Source: Candidatus Iainarchaeum sp. (GTDB lineage: Archaea > Iainarchaeota > Iainarchaeia > Iainarchaeales > 0-14-0-20-30-16). From it: a DNA stretch of 15,430 nt. Made by a program: the position numbers and the translations under genes. The stretch spans positions 1 through 15,430 of the forward strand of contig CAIWXP010000173.1 in NCBI GenBank assembly GCA_903916665.1. The letters are read 5' to 3'. This document shows, in pieces, positions 13,592 through 15,430 of the stretch (positions are counted from its first letter, which is position 1; the number at the start of each line of letters is the position of its first letter). Below the pieces are notes generated by a model. That model made no database searches, had not been told where the DNA came from, and was given only the letters and a program-made list of their open reading frames with translations.

Positions 13592-15121
13592 ATGAATAAG
13601 ATGATTCTTTTAATTCCAATTCTAGGTATATTTTTAATTTTTTCTGGTTGTATAAATTCTTCTACTGATTTGCAAAGTATTTTGTTAGCAAATAGTACAA
13701 TTGGTCAATTTAAAGCATTACATCCAAATGCAGTATTTCAATCTACTCTATGGAATGCATCTGATTTAGTCACTAATAAAGATGTAATAATTAGCGTTTG
13801 TGGTAAAACTTTAGATGATGGTAATTATTACCATTTTACATTAACAGAAAAAAATGATGTTATTGAAGGCTTTGTTACTGCAGACAATTATAATTTAATC
13901 TGCATAAAAAATTATAATCCAAATCCAAATAATACTATGAACCCAGATAACAATGGTTTTAATGAAAATAATAAAATGGGCCCTCCTAAAGATGGGCCTC
14001 CAAATAAAGGTGATGATATAACCTTAGAAAAAATATTAACAGAATATCCTAATGCAATAATTAAAACTAAAGTTCAAATTTTTACAAAAATTTTAATTGA
14101 TCCTGTAAACAAAGATTTTTTAAAAGCAGTTTGTGGTGAATTTCCTCAAACTCAATGGTTTAATGACTCAGAATATACTTTTATTGCTTTACTAGATGAA
14201 AATGCTGGACACATTGCATTAATTGGAACAAGAGGCAATGCAATATGTTATAGAACATTAGAAATTAACGATGCTGAGAAATTAATTGTTATTGCAGAAC
14301 AATTAAGTTACAATTATAATAATCACAATAATGATAATAATAATATTGCACCAATTGAAAATTGCAGTCACAATGGAGTCAAAATGACCTTCAATGATGC
14401 AAAACTAATTGCTACTGCAGGTAATTGTAAATACAAATTAAAACCAAACCATTTTTGTAATGAAAATTCTGGAACATGGTGGATAGATTTAGATATTCAA
14501 AAAAAAGGTTGTAATCCGGCTTGTGTTATAAATGCAGAAACAAAAGAATCAGAAATAAATTGGAGATGCACTGGTTTAATTGCACATGATAACAATGAAA
14601 TAACTAATAATACACCTGATAGTAATTTAGTTAATAATGATAATACTAATAACAATCAACAACAGGATACAAATGTTATCAACAATGATTCACAAAGTAT
14701 AGAAAAACTTCTTGTTGGTAATTGGACCGGAAAATGTAATTATTATATGGGTAGTCAATCAGGAAAAGACACTCAAATTATTAGTGTTAATTCAGATTGT
14801 AAAATTAGATTTGATGTTGAAGCTAATGGTAATTTGTGGGGGACATTGATAATGAATCCAACAAATGTTATACAATTAAATAAAGACCCTAGCTATGACT
14901 ATGTTGCAGAGATGGGTAAATTAATTAATTCCTGTGAGATCGACAAAGTTATTGTAACTGGAAAAGAATTTGAATTTGGTTGTATTAGCGTATTTGATAA
15001 GTTCCATTTTACATTAAATAGTGATGTGCTTTTAACAGGTGAAGTTACAAATGATAATGAAAATTCATCATTTAGAATGACTTCTGATAAAGGTTCGTTT
15101 AATCTTTCAAAAACAGGATAA
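13592..15121 (+). CDS. Putative multi-domain lipoprotein (509 aa), lipobox IFSGC; duplicated N-terminal domain, six-Cys module, C-terminal beta domain; function unknown
   Basis: MNKMILLIPILGIFLIFSG|CINSSTD. GGTGAT SD at 13583-13588, 3 nt before the ATG. Two related ~80-aa domains are present (HPNA..VCG..LIC and YPNA..VCG..AIC). The Cys-rich block is CSHNG..NCKYK..HFCNENSGTWWIDLD..GCNPACV..INWRCTG. Asn-rich linkers join the domains. Confidence 0.85.
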   Translation: MNKMILLIPILGIFLIFSGCINSSTDLQSILLANSTIGQFKALHPNAVFQSTLWNASDLVTNKDVIISVCGKTLDDGNYYHFTLTEKNDVIEGFVTADNYNLICIKNYNPNPNNTMNPDNNGFNENNKMGPPKDGPPNKGDDITLEKILTEYPNAIIKTKVQIFTKILIDPVNKDFLKAVCGEFPQTQWFNDSEYTFIALLDENAGHIALIGTRGNAICYRTLEINDAEKLIVIAEQLSYNYNNHNNDNNNIAPIENCSHNGVKMTFNDAKLIATAGNCKYKLKPNHFCNENSGTWWIDLDIQKKGCNPACVINAETKESEINWRCTGLIAHDNNEITNNTPDSNLVNNDNTNNNQQQDTNVINNDSQSIEKLLVGNWTGKCNYYMGSQSGKDTQIISVNSDCKIRFDVEANGNLWGTLIMNPTNVIQLNKDPSYDYVAEMGKLINSCEIDKVIVTGKEFEFGCISVFDKFHFTLNSDVLLTGEVTNDNENSSFRMTSDKGSFNLSKTG

Positions 15122-15128
15122 AATATAT

Positions 15129-15430
15129 ATGCCAAAATTACCTAGGCCATTTAACAAATCAATAATTTATCAAGATAAAAAATTATATGTTTGTTTAGCT
15201 AATTATCCCATTGCAAAAGGTCACTCGGTTATTGTTTGGAAAAAGAAAGTAAAAGATTTGCATTTACTTTCAAAAAAAGATTATAATTATTTAATGGATA
15301 AAGTTGATGAAATTAGAAACGCTTTATTAAAAACTTTAAAATTAAAAAAGATTTATTTAATTTACATGGATGAAGTAAATCAAGTTCATTGGCATTTAGT
15401 ACCTAGATATAACAAAAATGGATTTAATGT
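15129..15430 (+). CDS. HIT (histidine triad) family protein, 3'-truncated by the window end
   Basis: Not in the supplied ORF track because no stop is reached. My translation from ATG 15129 is MPKLPRPFNKSIIYQDKKLYVCLANYPIAKGHSVIVWKKKVKDLHLLSKKDYNYLMDKVDEIRNALLKTLKLKKIYLIYMDEVNQVHWHLVPRYNKNGFN. It has the HIT-family layout: P-x-x-x-GH-x-hydrophobic strand, then the nucleotide-binding motif QVHWHLVPR (H-x-H-x-H with Q in the first position). Confidence 0.7.
   Translation, partial: MPKLPRPFNKSIIYQDKKLYVCLANYPIAKGHSVIVWKKKVKDLHLLSKKDYNYLMDKVDEIRNALLKTLKLKKIYLIYMDEVNQVHWHLVPRYNKNGFN

Noticed and set aside
13918-14670. Short nucleotide repeats (aatccaaatccaaat, aataatgataataataat, aataataatactaataacaatcaacaacag) considered as tandem repeats or CRISPR-like elements
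   Set aside because: They are in-frame Asn/Pro/Asp/Gln codon runs forming low-complexity linkers inside the 509-aa CDS. There is no repeat-spacer periodicity.
14899-15135. 78-aa minus-strand ORF
   Set aside because: It is antisense to the 3' end of the 509-aa lipoprotein gene, with no initiation context.
1-15430. Search for a CRISPR array, tRNA/rRNA genes, transposase or integrase genes, terminal inverted repeats, toxin-antitoxin pairs, or a diversity-generating retroelement (reverse transcriptase plus TR/VR pair) targeting the surface proteins
   Set aside because: I could see none by eye. There are no GC-rich structured-RNA islands in the few intergenic gaps, no reverse transcriptase or recombinase motifs in any frame, and no long near-identical repeat pair. 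A computational self-dot-plot would be needed to fully exclude a diverged TR/VR pair.

Overview
The window is strongly AT-rich and densely coding. It reads as a metagenome-assembled contig end from a small-genome archaeon, possibly DPANN-like, though that placement is inference. The archaeal assignment rests on a clear Sec61-beta (SecG) gene at 7062-7229 and on canonical TTTATATA-type TATA boxes 19-22 nt upstream of several ATGs, which suggests leaderless mRNAs. Other genes carry GGTGAT-type Shine-Dalgarno motifs. Nt 1-50 are not biological: they are an untrimmed Illumina P7/i7 adapter, and the first ORF's start codon lies inside it. I support 15 CDSs.

Plus strand, 5' end: a truncated coiled-coil ORF, a 213-aa orphan, and a compact RNase HII/HIII-family enzyme with an RNase HIII-type N-terminal domain.

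Minus strand: a secreted thioredoxin (CSHC) fused to a CcdA/DsbD-type membrane core, a ketopantoate-reductase-family Rossmann protein, two large N-terminally anchored orphan proteins (483 and 587 aa), and Sec61-beta.

Divergent plus-strand operon: three more N-terminally anchored orphans of 232, 316 and 584 aa. The last is a string of Ig-like beta-sandwich modules.

Remainder: an LpxH-like metallophosphoesterase, a GT2 glycosyltransferase, two lipobox (FSGC) lipoproteins, and a 3'-truncated HIT-family gene that is missing from the ORF track.

The most interesting region is 3811-10750, five consecutive unannotatable surface-anchored proteins around Sec61-beta. One of them has a bacterial type IV pilin-like N-terminus, and the cluster sits next to an extracytoplasmic thiol-redox module. 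I propose a cell-surface or host-contact apparatus, as a hypothesis only. I found no CRISPR array, tRNA/rRNA gene, transposase, integrase or recognisable defence genes.
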